Assembly: GCF_902713615.1 (NCBI RefSeq)
Contig: NC_052154.1
Coordinates: forward strand, 39,171,017-39,235,016
DNA length: 64,000 nt
Origin: Scyliorhinus canicula
Taxonomy: Eukaryota
Direction of reading: 5' to 3'
The notes below the pieces were generated by a model. It saw only the letters and a list, made by a program, of their open reading frames with translations. It had not been told where the DNA came from and made no database searches. Positions 62,720-64,000 of the stretch are shown here, in pieces (within the stretch, counting starts at the first letter, position 1; every line of letters begins with the position of its first letter). Both the position numbers and the translations under genes were made by a program.

Positions 62720-63560
62720 AACATAAAGTAAGAAATAGGAGCTTGATACACAATACGGTCACTCGAGTCTGCTCCACTGTATAATAGGGGCATGGATAAA
62801 CTTCTTCCATAAGTTGATTTTCCTGTCCTATCCCCATTATCATTTGATCACTCTTACTGACCTGTGGTTCTCTGTTCCCTTTCTACTTGCTTGAAAAGCT
62901 GGGTTACATTTGCAACTTTCCAATCCACAGTAACCTTTCCAGAAAATTGGGAATTTTGGATATTTAAAATTAATGCATTCACCATCTCTGCAGCACCCCT
63001 TTTGAAATTGTAGGATAAGTCATCAGGTCCAGGGATTTTGTTGGCTTTTAGGCTCATTGACTTCTCTGGACCATTTTTTTGCTAATATTAATTACTTCAA
63101 GTTCCTCACTTTTGTCAAATCCTTGGGTCTGCATTGTTTATCATGTCTTCTACTGTGGAAAGCTGATATGATTGTTTAATGTCTCTCCATTTCCTTATTC
63201 CCGCATACTTTCTCCAGTTATTGCTCTCCAAGGGGCACATGTTTACTTCTCTTAATTGCTTTCTTTTTACATACTTCTAAAAGTTCCTACAATCTATTTT
63301 TACATTTTTTGCCAGTTTACTCTTATTGTATTTTATACTTTTAATCAATGTCTTGATCATTCCTTTCTAATTTTTAAAACCCTCCAAAATCCTCAGGATT
63401 TAGACTCTTTTTGCAATTTTGTGAACCTCTTCCTTTAACCCAAGACTATTGTTAACTTTCTATTTATTTAGAATTTGATCACTTTTCCAGTGGAGTTTTA
63501 ATTCATCAAGGGACAGCATGTTCATTGAGAATTTTTAATTATTTATTTAAATGTTCACCA
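62720..63560 (-). mobile_element. decayed CR1 fragment
   Basis: KIPGPDDL..DWKVANVTQLFK (ORF 62854-63057). Confidence 0.7.
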
Positions 63561-63578
63561 TTATTTATCTACCATCAT

Positions 63579-63769
63579 TTTTGAAAAATAAATTTAGAGC
63601 ACCCAATTCATTTTTTCCAATTAAGGGGCAATTTAGTGTGGCCAATCCACTGAGCCTGCACATCTTTGGGTTGTGGGGGTGAAACCAACGCAAACACGGG
63701 GAGAATGTGCAAACTCCACACGGACAGTGACCCAGAGCCGGGATTGAACCTGGGACCTCGGCGCCATGA
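63579..63769 (-). mobile_element. 5'-truncated type-A V-SINE with perfect 16-bp TSD
   Basis: ATTTATCTACCATCAT at 63563-63578 and 63770-63785. Confidence 0.9.
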
Positions 63770-63785
63770 ATTTATCTACCATCAT

Positions 63786-64000
63786 GGCCTGGATTCTCCG
63801 AATCTGCAGCTATGTCCGCAGGATTCGTTTCGTCTGACGACTAAAACGTTGGAGCCGACCCCGCACTGATGCTCCGCCCAGTGGGGGCTAGCAGCCGCAC
63901 CACGTAAAGACTCCGGCTTTACCTGCGGTACGGACGCAGAATTGCTGGGTCCGTGGCCGCGCATGCGCATGGCGGCGGCCAAGCCATACAACATGGCGCA
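63786..64000. mobile_element. GC-rich MITE start (Harbinger-like), running off the window
   Basis: End GGCCTGGATTCTCC resembles the TIRs at 12710 and 29155. Confidence 0.55.

Overview
Eukaryotic (vertebrate) genomic DNA. The repeat content (HE1-type V-SINEs, Deu-domain SINE, HER1/CR1-like LINEs) points to a cartilaginous fish, probably a shark (inference). The window lies inside the minus-strand gene CEP89. Ten coding exons between 56706 and 569 can be reconstructed with canonical AG/GT ends and consistent phases, 1003 nt in total; both ends of the gene lie outside the window. The introns are packed with retroelements: a young full-length L1-clade LINE (29603-35503, 14-bp TSD, intact ORF1, ORF2 broken only by one extra G in a G-run), nested and truncated L1s, CR1, RTE and Rex1 LINE fragments, two decayed Gypsy elements, a miniature LTR element, a Penelope element, Harbinger-type MITEs and remnants, and about 20 SINEs. 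The most notable observations are: (i) two minimal hammerhead-ribozyme motifs on the CEP89 sense strand, one with a compensatory U3-A8 core pair; (ii) a LINE that begins with a tRNA-like Pol III head and lacks ORF1, plus a SINE that appears to be its internal-deletion derivative; (iii) an A-tailed V-SINE subfamily with L1-sized TSDs; (iv) candidate tandem microexons in CEP89. Boundaries of old repeats are approximate, and family names come from motif recognition, not database searches.
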